Origin: the human T2T-CHM13v2.0 reference genome, Homo sapiens
Direction: 5' to 3'
DNA: 64,000 nucleotides
NCBI GenBank assembly: GCA_009914755.4
Contig: CP086569.2
Span: 11,616,001-11,680,000 of the forward strand
Below the pieces are notes generated by a model, which had not been told where the DNA came from, ran no database searches, and saw only the letters and a list, made by a program, of their open reading frames with translations. Both the position numbers and the translations under genes were made by a program. Below are positions 38,340 to 50,649 of this stretch, in pieces. Each line of letters begins with the position of its first letter. Positions within the stretch are counted from its first letter, which is position 1.

Positions 38340-40561
38340 TTTGTAATAAAAAAGTTAATAGAGTTTCTTGTTTCACTGGACAAAATATACATATATAGGA
38401 AGGAAAGACTTTTGGACTTGAGATTGCGCTGAAGAAGAAAAATGGAAAAATTAAGCATTTTAGTCTCTCAGTGTGTTATTTTTGTAGCTTATACAGATAT
38501 GTCTTTTTAAAGTGTCTTTAAAAAGCTTTATTGAGATAAAGATAAATTAGATAAATTCACCTACCATGAAATCAACCCCTGGATTGCAGAATTTTGTGGT
38601 TTATAATATGTTCACAGAATCGCACAAACAAGATAGGTATCTAGATACTTTCAGACAATTTTCATCAGTCCACAAGAAATCCCATACCCATTAGCAGTCA
38701 TCCTTATTCCCTTTTCCCCTAGTCCCTGGCAATAACTTGCCTACTTTCTGTCTCTGAGTTTAGCTCTTCTGGAGGTTTCACAGAATGAAATCTTACTACA
38801 TATGGTCTTTTGTGATTGACTTATTTCACTTGGCACAGTGTTTTCAAGGTTTATCCATGCTGTAGCGTATATCAGCACTTCATTCTTTTTTAATGCAGAG
38901 TAATCTTTTGAATAGATACACTATATTTTATCAGTTCCTCTGTTGATAGGCACTTGAGCTTTTTTTCCAATTTTTGGCTGTTATACACAATGCTGCTGTG
39001 AACATTTGTGTACAAATTTTACTGTGGATGTATATTTTCATTTCCCTTGGGTATATCCCTAAGGAATACTCTATCTGGGTCATATGATAATTGTTTAAGA
39101 CTACAGGCACATGCCACCACACCTGGCAAATATTTAAAAATGTTTTGTAGATAAAGGGTCTCGCTATGTTGCCCAGGCTGATCTTGAACTCCTGGCCTCA
39201 AGAGATCCTCTCACCTCAGCCTCCCAGAAAGTGTTGGGATTAGAGATGTGAGTCACTGCACCTATAAAAGAGGCTGATACCTCTTTTTATGTATTTTTTT
39301 TAAACAGGGTTTCGCCTGTTGCCCAGACTGGAGTACAGTGGTGGGATCACAGCACACTGCAGCCTGGACCTCACTCCATATGATTCTAGCTGTGGGTGTC
39401 TTTCCTGTAGTTTTTATTATGTTGCGATATGTTTCTTCTGTACCCGTTTCTTTGAGGATTTATAGCATGAAGGGATGTTGAATTTCATCAAATGCTTTTT
39501 CAGTTTCAGTTGACACGATCATAGTTTTTTTTTTTTTCATTTATTTGGTTGATATGATGTATCACATTGTATGTTGAGTGACCCTTGCATCCCAGGGATA
39601 CATCCCACTTGATCATGATGAATTATCTTTTTAATGTATTACTGAATTTGATTCACTGGTATTTTGTTGAGGATTTTTGCATCAATATTAGAGATACTAG
39701 CCTGTAGTTTCCTTCTTTGATGCCTTTGTCTGATTTTGGTATCACAGTAATAATGGTCTCATAAAATAAGTTTGGAAGTATTCCCTCCTGTTTTTCAAAA
39801 TAGTTTGAGGAGGATTCGTACTAGGTCTTTAAATTGTTTGGTGTGAAGCCGTCAGCAGTGAAGACATGAGTTCCTGGGCTTTTCTTTACTGGGATACTTT
39901 TTCTGATGGCTTCAATCTCATTACTTGCTAGGGATCTGTTCTGGTCTTGGATGTTTTCATTGTTCAACCTAAGTAGGTTGTATGCATCTAGGAATTTGCC
40001 AATTTCTACTAGGCTTTCAAATTTATTGACATATAATAGCCAGTTATGATCCTTTGAATTTCTGAAGTATTAGTTGTAATGTCTCCTTTTTTTATCTGTT
40101 GATTTTATTTATTTGAATCTTGTCTCTTTTTTCTTAGCCTGGTTAAAAGTTTGTCAATTTTGTTTTGCTTTCCAGAAAACCAACTTTTCGTTTAATCTTG
40201 TGTGTTTTTTCTTTCAATTTTATTTCCGCTACGATCTTATTTATTTTCTTATTTTTGGTTTAGTTTGTTCTTACTTTACTAGTTCTTTAAGATGTATTGT
40301 TTATTTGAAGTTTTTATTTTGTTTGGATGGTAGGCACTTATAGCTGTAAATCTCTGCCTTTGTACTGCTTTCTGCGTAACAAGTTTTGGTATACTGTGTT
40401 TTCATTACCCTTTGTTTCATGAAATTTTTGAATTTCTGTCTTAGTATCTTCATTGACCCGCTAGTCATTTATTCAGGAGGGTAGTGTTTAACTTCCATGT
40501 GATTGTATTGTTTCCAAAATTACTCTTCTTACTGATACCTAGTTTTATTCCTTTGTAGTCA
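38340..40561 (-). mobile_element. Old L1 (L1PB/L1M-like), 3' UTR and ORF2 parts, with Alu insertions at ~39107-39265 and ~39295-39372; it ends abruptly at 40561
   Basis: Reverse-complemented L1 3'-end and ORF2 homology; the minus-strand ORF 38931-39122 ..IYPREMKIYIHSKICTQMFTAAL.. is an ORF2 C-terminal fragment. Confidence 0.8.
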
Positions 40562-41850
40562 AAGAAGATGGCCACGGAGACAGTAGCGTGGTCAGAGTGG
40601 TAGGAGCCGGCCATTGGCGAGAGCTGCTCTGTGCCTGGCTGCTGGGTGCTAGAGCCTGTGGCCCACTGGCTTGCCTCACTGTGGTTGGTGGTGGCGGTGA
40701 CAGAGACTGCAGCACGACCAGAGTGGTAGGACAGGGGCTATCCAGGGCTGTACCTTTCTCAGTGTGGGGTGGGTTGGGGGCGCTATCCAGGGTGTCATTG
40801 CCTGCATTAGGGGTACTGGTTGGTAGCACTGTACAGGGCTGCACTGCCCACAGCAGGGAGGGTGGGTTATGGGCACTTTCTGGGGCTGCAATGCCCATGG
40901 AGGAGGACAGGTTAGGGCACTATCGGGTATACGCTACTGGCGGCATTGGGGGACGGAGGTGGGGGGCGCTATTGAGGGTAGGACTAGCAGTGGAGGGCGG
41001 GCGAGTTCAGTGCTATCAGGGGCTGCACTTCTGGCGGCAGTCAGCAGAGTTGGCATCTAAGGAAGGAGTGGTTCTCCTCTCCCTGACTCCACACTCCAGA
41101 GGGCGACCCACTCTTGGTCATACTGGAGTGCGGCAGGCACGCAGCATTTGCGTGGGAATCCTGAGCACGGCAGAGCCCCCACACCCACCGTGGTTCCTGG
41201 GCCTGTGCACTCTGGGTCTGTGCCTCAGAGGCTGTCAGGCACCCCTGTGGACACCACGGGGGATGGGGCCCTGTGTGTGGAGGCGTCCGGAACAGGAATT
41301 GGCACCTGGGTGCGGAGGGTTGGTTGGGTCTGAATTTTTTTTACCTCTCCTGCTCCCCAAGGAGTGCAGCCCTGGTGGGCCCAATGGTTCCTGTGGAGTG
41401 GGGAGCTGGGTGCTGTGGTGTCTCCAGCACCCACCCCAGACCCCAGTTCCCGGCCAGCTTGGGCCAAAAGGAGGGGCTGGACTTTGGAGGGTGGGTGTGA
41501 GTGCCTTTGCTGAAACTGGCCCCTGCCACCCAGTGGCCGGCATGACAAGTTGAGGCTCTAACCCTTCCACCGCTCTCATCTTCCTCTAGGCTTTTCTGGC
41601 TTTGCCTGCCCAGCTACTCCATGCCAGGAGGAGGAGGAGACACCTAGTGCCTGCAACACCACGACTCGCCTCGCTGCGGGTGGGTGGCAGCGACGGAGAC
41701 TGCAGTGTGCCAGAGCGGTAGGAGAGTGGCCGTGCTAGGAGGGCAGGTGGCTGCAGCCAGGGTTGGGGGTCAGGCTTACAGCGATGGATGGGCTGCAGCA
41801 GTGGCCAGGTGGTAGGAGCCTTGTAGGGAGGGCTGATGCATTGGCAATGG
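40562..41850. repeat. GC-rich, CpG-containing region with ~50-60 bp degenerate tandem units (gggc[ga]ctat[cg][ca]ggg...) and a duplicated motif ggagactgcag..cagag.ggtagga
   Basis: Recurring gggcgctatccagggtgtcattgcctgcattagggg, gggcactatcgggtatacgctactggcgg and gggcgctattgagggtaggactagcagtggagg. There is a sharp junction with the L1 at 40561/40562. Confidence 0.6.
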
Positions 41851-44800
41851 GCCTGGCTTTGCCCTGCCTTTCCCTGTAATATCCCTACTCTTACCTGGAC
41901 TGTCTCAGCCCTGTCCTGCTCTGGTCCCATCCTGACCCTGTCTTGGCCCTGTGCTACCCTGTCCCTGCCCTGATCTTGCCCTGGCACTGGCCCTGCCCTG
42001 AACCTGCACTGGCCTGACCTTGGCTCTGGCTCTGGCTCTGGCCCTGCCCCTTGTCCTGACCCTAGTCATGCCATGGCACTGGCCCTGCCAGTGGTCATGG
42101 TCCTACTCCTGTTCTGGCCCTGACCTGGCCTTGGACATGTCCTGGTCCTGCTTTGGCCCATCCCTGCCCTGGCCCCACCATGGGTCTGCCTGTTCTGTTC
42201 TCTCCTGGCACTGACCTTGCCCTGTCATGGCCCAGTGGTGCCATTGCCCTGCCTTACCCTGCACTGGTTGGGCCTTGGCCCTGCTTGGTGCCGGCCACTC
42301 CCTGGACCTGCCCAGACCCTGCCTCGACTTTTGCCCTGCCCTCAGTATGGCCTGGCCCTGGCCCTAGCCCTGGTCCTGCCATATCCCTCACCCTGCACTT
42401 ATCCAGGCCCTGCCCCTGCTGCTGCCCTGGCCCTGGCCTGGAACCTGGTCCTGTCAAGGACCTGCCCTGACTGTGCCATGGCCCTGGCCCTGCTCTGCCT
42501 TGTTCCTGGCCCTGACCCTTTCCTGGCTCTGCATTGGCCTTTCCCTGGCCCTGAGCTGGCAGTGGTCTGCCCCTGGTCTTGCCATCACCCTGCCCTGCTG
42601 TGCTCTGGATGTGTCATCACCCTGCCCTGGCCCTACTCTGCCTTTGACCCTGCCCTGGCCTTACCTTGGCCCTCACCCTAGTCTTCACTAGGCCCTGCTC
42701 TGGAGCTGGCCCTAGCACAGACCTGGCCCTGACCCTGGCCCTGGTCTTTGTCCTGCCATAGCCCTGGCCCTGAAGTGGACTTGGAGGTGTCCTGGCCCTG
42801 GTGTAACATGGCTCTGCATTGGCCTGTCCCTGCCCTGCCCCTACCATCGCCTTGCCCTGCTCTGCCCTGTCCCAGTACTGACCTGGCCATGCTATTTCCC
42901 TGCCCTACCCTGCCTTGGCTGTTCCCTGGCTCGGTTCTGGCCCTGGCCCCGACCCTTCCCCGGACATGCTCTGACACTGCCTCAGCCTTGGCACTAGCCT
43001 GGCTCTTTCTTGGCATCAGCCCTGATCTCTCTGTGGACCGGCTCTTGTCCTGTCCTGCACTGGCCATACCATGTCCTGCCCTGCCCTGCCCTGACTCAGC
43101 CCTGGCTCAGCCCTGTCCCAGCCTTGGCCTTGGCATTGCCCCTGGTCCTGCCATATTTCTTGCCCTGTCCCTACCCTGGCCTTGGCCCTAACTCTTACCT
43201 TGCTCTGGCCCTGCCCTTGCCCTAACACAGCCCCTGGCCCTGTCATGGCCCTGCCCTGGACCTGTCCTGGCCCTGGCCCTTCCCTGCTTGAGACCTTGCC
43301 CTGGTTCTCCCCTGGCCCTGACCCTGAAATGCCTGGCCCTACCCTGGCCTTGCACTGCTCTGGTCCTTGCCCTGACTCTGGTCCTGTCACTGGCCTAGCC
43401 CCAGCCCTGTTGCTGGTCTTACCATGGCCATGACCCTGCCTTGGCCCTGCCCTGACACTGTCCTGGACCCTGGCTGTGCCAAGATCCTGCACTGTCCTTG
43501 CCATTGTTTTTCTCGAGCCCCAAACCTGGTCCTGCCCAGGCCCTGGCCCGGGCCCTGCCCTGGCTGTTCCCTGGCCCTGTCCAGGTCTTGGAACTGGCCT
43601 GGCCCTGCCCTGCCTTGGCCCTATGCTTTCCTGGCCCTGCCTTGCCGGCCCTGGTCCTGCCTTGGCCCTAGCCTGGCTTTGACCCTGCCCTGGCCCTACC
43701 TTGGTCTTCACCCTAGCCTTTCCTGGGCACTGTGTTGGACCTGCCTATAGCACAGACCTAGTTGTGGCCCTGGCGCTGCCATGGCCCTGTCCCAGACCCT
43801 AGCCCTGCCAGGTACCTGCCCTGGCCCTGCTCTGGGCCTGGATTTGTCCCTGGTTCTTAGATGAACCTGGCCCTGCCCCTGCCCTTGTCCTTGCCCAGGC
43901 ACTGGCCTTGGACATGTCCGTGGTCCTAACCCTGGCCCTGCCCTGGAGCTGCCACTGTCTTGGCCCTGCCCTGGCTCTGGCCCTTGCCCTGCCCCGGCCC
44001 CAGCCAAAGGCTGGCCCTGGTTGGTCGTGCCCTACCTTAACCCTGTGCTACCCTGGGCCTGCTCCACCCTGCCCTTGCTCTACCCTTCCTTTGGCCCTGC
44101 CCTGACCCCACCTTGGCCCTCACACTGGCCCTAGCACAGACCTGGTCCTATCTGTGGCCTTGGCCTGGCATTGACCCCTCCTCCTGACCCTGGTCCTGCC
44201 ATGGCCCTGGCCCTGTCAATGACCCTGACAGCGCTGGCCCTGGCTCTGTCTAGGTCCTGGCCCTGAACTGGCCCTGCCCTGACCCTGGCCCTGAAGTGGA
44301 TTTGCAGGTGTCTTGTCCCTGATTTAACCTGGCCCTACCATGGCCCTATCCTGACCCTGTCCTGGCCCTAATGTGGCCTGGCTCTACCCTGGCATGCTAT
44401 TCTGGCCCTAGCCCTGATTCTGTCCCTGTCCCTGTCCTGGCCCTAGCCTGGTTGCTGGTCCTGCCATGACTCTTATCCTGACATTGCCCTTTCCTGGTCC
44501 TGGCTCTGGCCCTGTCCCAGCCCTGCTCTGGCTGTAGTCTGAACTCTGGCCCTGCAATGGACCTGCCTTGATCCTGCCCAGACCCTGGCTCTGGCCCTAC
44601 CTCTGCCCTGGCCATACCTTTGCCCTGGCCTGGACCCTGGTCCTGGTCCTCGTCCTGCCCCAGCTGTGGCCCTGGCCCTGCCCTGCCTGTGCCCTGTTCT
44701 ATCTTGGGCTGGCCCTGCCATGGCCTGGTCTTGCCATTGCCCTGCCCTAGCCTGCCCAGCTTGTGCCCTAGATCTGCCCTGGCCTTTGCCCCATCTTTGT

Positions 44801-47515
44801 TGCAGCCTTGACACAGCCCTGGACCTTCCCTGACCTTGCCTCAGCCCTGGCATTACCTTGGCCTTGCCTTGGCATTTGCCCTACTCTCTCTATGGCCTGG
44901 CTCTGATCCTGCCCTGCTCTGCTCTTGTTCTGTCCTGGCACAGCCCTGGCCCTGGCCCTGGCCCTGCCGTATCACTGGCTCTGGTCCTGCCCTTATGCAG
45001 GCCTGACCCTGCCCCTGCCTTGGCTTTGGCCTGGACCTTGGCCATACAGTGACCCTGCCATGACCCTTTCCTGGCCCTGGCCTGGAACCTTGCCCTGCCA
45101 AGGACTTGCCCTGGCTCTGTCATGGCCCTGGCCCTTTCCTGGATTTGGATGTGTCCTGTCCCTTATTTGCCCTGGCCCTTCCCTGGCTCTGCCATACCTC
45201 TTCTCTGGGGTAGGGCCAGGGTCAGGACCAGGGTAGGGCCATGGTAAGGCCTGAAGATGGGAAAGGGCAAGGGCAGTGGTAGAACCAGGAAAGGGTCAGG
45301 GCCAGGATGTGGTCGGACTAGGGGCAGAGCCTGCACTAGGGCTGAGCCAGGACAGAGCAGGAGAGATTACATAAGGCTATTACGTAAAATTTTTATTTCA
45401 TATTTTTAAGATAACTATAGTAGTGGTAATAATGTCTATACTATGCTGTTTGCAATAGTAATAATATTTACAGTAAATAATCACTAAATTTTAACTAATA
45501 CTATATCTGCTTCCAGTAATGTTCTATGAGTATAATTTTATCAATATGTAAATATGTGAGGCATTGATTCTCACAATAATTCTATGTGCTAGGTACTTAA
45601 AGCATCCCCATTTTCCAAATGTAGGAAACAGGCATAAAGAAGTTAAATACTTGGTCAGATTACTCCTGTAATTCCAGCACTTTGGGAGGCCAAGGCAGGC
45701 AGATGGCTTGAGCTCAGGAGTTTGGAACCAGCCTGGGCAACATTGTGAAACCCCATCTCTACTAAAAGTGCACAAAAATAGCTGATTTAAGTTTCTTGTA
45801 GGATTCTGGTTATAAAACACTGGTCAAACACACAGGACATGGATAGGGCAGGACCAGGGACAAGGTCAGGTGAGGAAGGGGCCAGGGCCAAGGCAGGGCG
45901 AGAGCTGGACTTGGAGGTTTCCTGGTCTGATTTGCCCTGCCCCTACATTGGCCCAGCCCTGCTCTGGCACTTCCTGTCACGCCCTGTCCCTGGCCTGAGA
46001 ATTGGCCCTGGCCTGTCCTACTTCTGGCCCTGCCCCGGAGTTGACCAGGCACTGCCATGGCCCAGTCATTCATTACCCTGCCCTCCTCTGCCCTGGTGCT
46101 GCCATGGCCCTTCTTGGGCCCTAGCTCTGCCTCGACTCTGGACCCGCCCTGATTGTGCTCAGCCCTGAATCTACCCTGACTCTGCCTTGGTGATGCCCTC
46201 CCATCTCTGTGGCCTGGCTCTGGCCTGCCTTGCACAGGCCATGCTCTGCCCTGCATGTCCCATCCTGGGCCCAGCCCTTGCCCTACCATATTCCTGACCC
46301 CAGCCATAACCTTGTTCTTGCCTTGACCCTGCTGTGGCACTCTCCTGGTCCTTCCTTGGTCTTGCCCTGCCCTTCCATGCCCTGGCCTGGCCCTCACCCT
46401 GCACTGGTCCTGCCCTGCCCTGCCAGTGCCTTGGCCCCGGCCCTGCCTTCTCCCTGGCCTTGCCCTTTCCCTGCCCTTGCCTGACCCCAGGCCTATCAAG
46501 TCCATGAAACGACCTTGGACCTGCCTTGCCATCATCTGTCCTGGCCCTGTATTGTCCCCACCATGCTCCGGTCCAGCACTTACCCTGGCCCTGTTGCTAG
46601 TCCTGCCACTGCTATGGCCCTGCCCTGTTTTTGGCCATGCCCTGTGCTACCCTAGCATTGCCCTGCCTTGGCCTTGGCCCTACCATGGCCTTTTCCTACC
46701 CTGGCCTGGCTGTACACTGGCCTTTTCTACCCTGGCCTTGCCCTTCACTGGTCTTGCCCTGCCCTGGCCTTGGCTTTGCCTTATCCTGGTCCTGCCCTGG
46801 CCCTGCTCCTTCTCTGGATCTTCTCTGGTTCTGCCTTCTCCCTGGCCCTGCCCTTGTTCTGGCACTGTCCCTGACTCAGCCTTGACCCTGGCCCTGGCCC
46901 TGACAATCCCCAGGCCCCACACTGGCCATGCTTGGCCCTGGCCCCTCCTTTGGCCCTGCCCTGGCCCTGAACTCACCCTGGCCCTAACCTCACCCTACAC
47001 TGTCCCTGCCCTACCCTGGTGTTGCCCTGCCCTGGACTTGCCTTTGGCCTTCCCTGGCTCTGGTTCTGCCCTGGCCTTGCCCTTGCCCTGAACCCTCCCT
47101 GGCAATGTTTTTACCATGGTCTTTCTCTGGCCTTGCCCTTGCCCTGTCCCCTTTCTGGTCCTGCCATGTTTCTGGCCCTTCCCTGTCCATGTCCTGGACC
47201 TGACTCTGGCCCTTGACCTCCCTGTCCCTGCCCTGCCATACCCTGGCCCGTTCCTTGCTCTACACTAACCCTGCCCTGCCTTGGCCCTGTGCTACCCTAG
47301 CCCTGCCCTGTCCTTCTGCTGGCCCTGATCCTGCCTTGGCCCTGGCCCTGCCATGTCCCTGCCCTGGCCCTGGTTCTGCCCTACTTCTGGCTCTGGCCTT
47401 GGTCCTCTCATGTCCCTGGCTGTGACTCTGCCCCTAGTTTTTCTCTGTCCATGACCCTGCCCCGGTTCTGTCCTATCCCTGGCCCTGTCTCAGTTCTGTC
47501 CTAGCTCTGGCCTTT
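41850..47515. repeat. Large degenerate minisatellite (~5.7 kb) built from CCCTGGCCCTG / CCCTGCCCTG-type 10-12 bp units, C-rich on the + strand and G-rich on the - strand, with higher-order recurring blocks; interrupted at 45205-45905
   Basis: Essentially continuous ...ccctggccctgccctggccctgaccctg... The unit is stop-codon poor, so both strands give long low-complexity ORFs (PWPCP.../GQGQ...). Longer motifs (agcacagacc..., gaagtggacttggaggtgtcctggccctg) recur at irregular ~0.4-1.5 kb spacing. Confidence 0.9.
45205..45905. other. Interruption of the minisatellite. Inverted-orientation unit blocks (45205-45365 and 45838-45905) flank unique AT-rich sequence and a + strand Alu fragment (45655-45775)
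   Basis: gggccagggtcaggaccagggtagggccatgg... is the reverse complement of the array unit on both sides of the island. Confidence 0.75.
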
Positions 47516-47940
47516 CACAGTACTTTATGCTTAGTAAGGGCTCCATAGTGTCTGTGAGTTGAATGTTGTGTTCATAGTATCTGCCAAAACAGAAAGAAAA
47601 AAAACAAAATCTGATGATGAGAAGTTAAAGCTTTGTATATAATATGCCTTGAATTGTAAGTGCTTGTTATTAGTTGTATTACATATAGGTCATGGTTTTG
47701 TACACGTAACTCCAAACCATTGATACAGTTAAAAGAATATATGAATATATGAAAGAATGCATAAACGTAAGAATGTATGAGTATCTAATGACCTCTCCAA
47801 ATTAATTTTTATTTTTAGCTCTATTAGATTTTTCTCAGTGTAACAAATGTTTATTCCTATGTAATTAAGGGCATATTTCCTGTACAGAATATTCATATTA
47901 CTTAATTGAAAATTATATAATGCAAAAATATAATACTATT

Positions 47941-48370
47941 TTTAGGCCAGGCATGGTGGCTCATACCTGTAATCCCAACATTTTGAGAGGCCAAGTTTGA
48001 AGAATCATTTGAGTCCAGGAGTTGACCAGCCTGGGCAACATAGTGAGACCTTTTCTTTATTAAATACATAAATAAATAAATAGGTTGGGCACTGTGGCTC
48101 ATATCTGTAATCCCAGCATTTTGGGTTGCCAAGGCAGGAGGATTGCTTGAACCCAGGAGTTTGAGACCAGCCTAGGCAGCATACCAAGACTCCATCTCTA
48201 CAAATAATAAAATATTAACCAGGTGTGGTGGTGCACACCTGGAGTCTCAGATACCTGGGAGGATAAGGTGGGAGGTTTCCTCGAGGTTGCAGTGAACTGT
48301 GAATGCACCACTACATTCCAGCCTAGGCCACAGAACAGGACCTTGTCTATAAATAAATAAGTAAAAATAT
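47941..48370 (+). mobile_element. Partial Alu (47941-48075) plus a full Alu (48086-48370)
   Basis: ggccaggcatggtggctcatacctgtaatcccaacattttgagaggcc...; ttgggcactgtggctcatatctgtaatcccagcattttggg... Confidence 0.9.
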
Positions 48371-48489
48371 AATTAAAAACAAGTAAAAAGAAATATAAGT
48401 AAATATAAATATAAATACATATAAGTATAAAAATGAATACATGAAAACAAACAATTTTTAAATTTAACATCACTGAGGGCATCCTATCC

Positions 48490-50280
48490 ATTTCATTTCA
48501 TGATTCCATTACATCATTTCACTTAGATGAAATGATAAGATGACTTGAGATGAGATGAAATGATGAGATGAAATGATGAGATGAAATTTTGAGATGAAAT
48601 GGTGAGTAGAAATGATGAGATGAAATGAGACAAAATGACAAAATTGAAAAGAAATTGAAAGGAGATGAAATGAGATGATGGATGAAATGATGAGATGAAA
48701 CGAGATGAAATGATGAGAAGAAATGATGAGATGAAATGAAATGAAATAATGAAATGAAATGATATGAAATAATGAAATTGAAATGAGATGAGATGAGATG
48801 ATATAATGAGATAAAATGATGAAATGAAATGAGATGAACAATAAGATGAAATGATGAAATAAGATGAGATGATAACATGAAATGATGAGATGAAATGAGA
48901 TGAAAAATGATGAGAAGAAAAATGAGATGAAATGAGATGAAATAATGAAATGAGATGAAATGAAATGAAATAATGAAAGGAAATTATGAAATGTAATGAT
49001 GAAATTGAAATGAGATGAGATGAAATGAGATGAAATGATGAGATGAGATGAAATGATGAGATGAAATGAGATGAAATGATGAGATGAAATGAAATGAGAT
49101 GAAATGAGATGTAATGAAATGAGATGAAATGATATGACATAATGAAATGCAATAATGAAACGAGATGAAATGAAATAATGAAATGATGAAATGAAATGAT
49201 GAAATAATGAAATGGCAATGATGAGATGAGAAGAAATGATGAGATGAAATGATGAGATGAGATGAAATGAGATTAAATGATGAGATTAAATGATGAGATG
49301 AGTTGTGATGAAATGAGATGAAATGATGACATGATATGATGATATGAAATCAGATGAAATAATGAGATGAAATGAGATGAAATGACGAGATGAGTTGAAA
49401 TGAGATGAGATGAAATGTGATGAGATGAAATGACATAATGAAATGAAATAATGAAATGATGAAATGGAATAATGAAATGCAAATGATGAGATGAGATGCA
49501 ATGAGTTGAGATGATGAGATGAAATGATGAGATGAAAAGATGAGATGAGACGAGATGTGATGAAATGATGACATGAAATGACATAAAATGAGATTAAATA
49601 AGATGTAATGATGAAATGAGATGAGAAGAAATGAGTTGAAATGATGAGATGAGATGAAATGAAATGGTGAGATAAAATTATGATATGAAATGATGATATG
49701 AATGATGAGATGAAATGATGAGATAAAATGAGATGATGAGATGAAATGATGAGATGAAATGAAATGAAATGAAATAATGAAACAATGAGATGAAGTGAAA
49801 TGAAATGAAACAAATAAAATTGAAATGAGATGAGATGAAATGATAAGATGAAATGATGAAATGAAATGATGAGATGTGATGAGATGAAATGATGAGATGA
49901 CATGACATGAAATAATGAAATGAAATTGAAATGAGATGAGAAGTTACGAGATGAGATGAAATGATGAGATGAAATGATGAAATGATGAGATAAGAAGAAA
50001 TGAGTTGATGAGATGATGAGATGAAATGATGAGATGAAAGAGGACATGAAATGATGAGAAGAAATGAAACAAAATGATGAGATGAAATGAAATTAGATGA
50101 AATGTAATGAGATGAAATGAAATGACATAATGAAATGAAAAAATGAAATGAAATAATGGAATGAGGTGAAATTAAATGATGAAATGATGAAATGGAAATG
50201 AAATGGAAATGATGAGATGAGATGAAATGACGAGATGAATGATGAGATGAAATGAGATGAAATGATGAGATGCAATGATG
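48490..50280. repeat. Minisatellite (~1.8 kb) of a 13-bp unit ATGAGATGAAATG, with variants GATGAAATGAAAT and GAGATGAAATGAT; the + strand is almost free of C
   Basis: Continuous ...gatgagatgaaatgatgagatgaaatgagatgaaatgatg... A short inverted block (tttcatttcatgattccattacatcatttcac) starts the array, and it abuts a truncated Alu at 50281. Confidence 0.95.
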
Positions 50281-50466
50281 CCTCAGCCTCCCGAGTAGCT
50301 GGGATTACAGGCACCTGCCACCATGCCCAGCTAATTTTTGTATTTTTAGTAATGACGTTTCACCATGTTGGCCAGGCTGGTCTCGAAATCCTGACCTCAG
50401 GTTATGCGCCCACCTTGGCCTCCCAAAGTGTTGAGATTACAGGCATGGCAGCTGCGCCCGGCCAAC
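50281..50466 (-). mobile_element. Alu, truncated at its poly-T end by the minisatellite
   Basis: cctcagcctcccgagtagctgggattacaggcacctgccaccatgcccagctaatttttgtatttttagta... Confidence 0.9.
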
Positions 50467-50649
50467 TTTCAGTCTCAAGTACCATTTTTTGCTGCTGTTT
50501 CTTTTTTTGAACCCCAGGAAAACATTAACTCATTTAATCCCCTATTCAAACTGCTACAATTTTATTTTCAGTGTTGTCGCCTGGTTGTAGATGCATTTGT
50601 CTCTTCAAATGCACTGTGATTTTTTCGAAGACAAAACATTTTTTGGCAT

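Noticed and set aside
43016-43711. 231-aa minus-strand ORF (and several other 100-250 aa ORFs on both strands between 41850 and 47515) rich in GQGQ/PGPG or PWPCPAL
   Set aside because: They lie entirely inside the CCCTGG-type minisatellite, whose unit happens to lack stop codons. They show extreme low complexity and no start/splice context, and overlapping ORFs occur on both strands. This is a repeat artefact, not coding sequence.
48509-50314. Multiple 100-253 aa minus-strand ORFs (HFISSHH.., SFHLIISS..)
   Set aside because: They are translation of the 13-bp ATGAGATGAAATG minisatellite complement, so pure low complexity and a repeat artefact. The array also superficially resembles a short-unit CRISPR-like periodicity, but it has no spacers and the sequence is eukaryotic.
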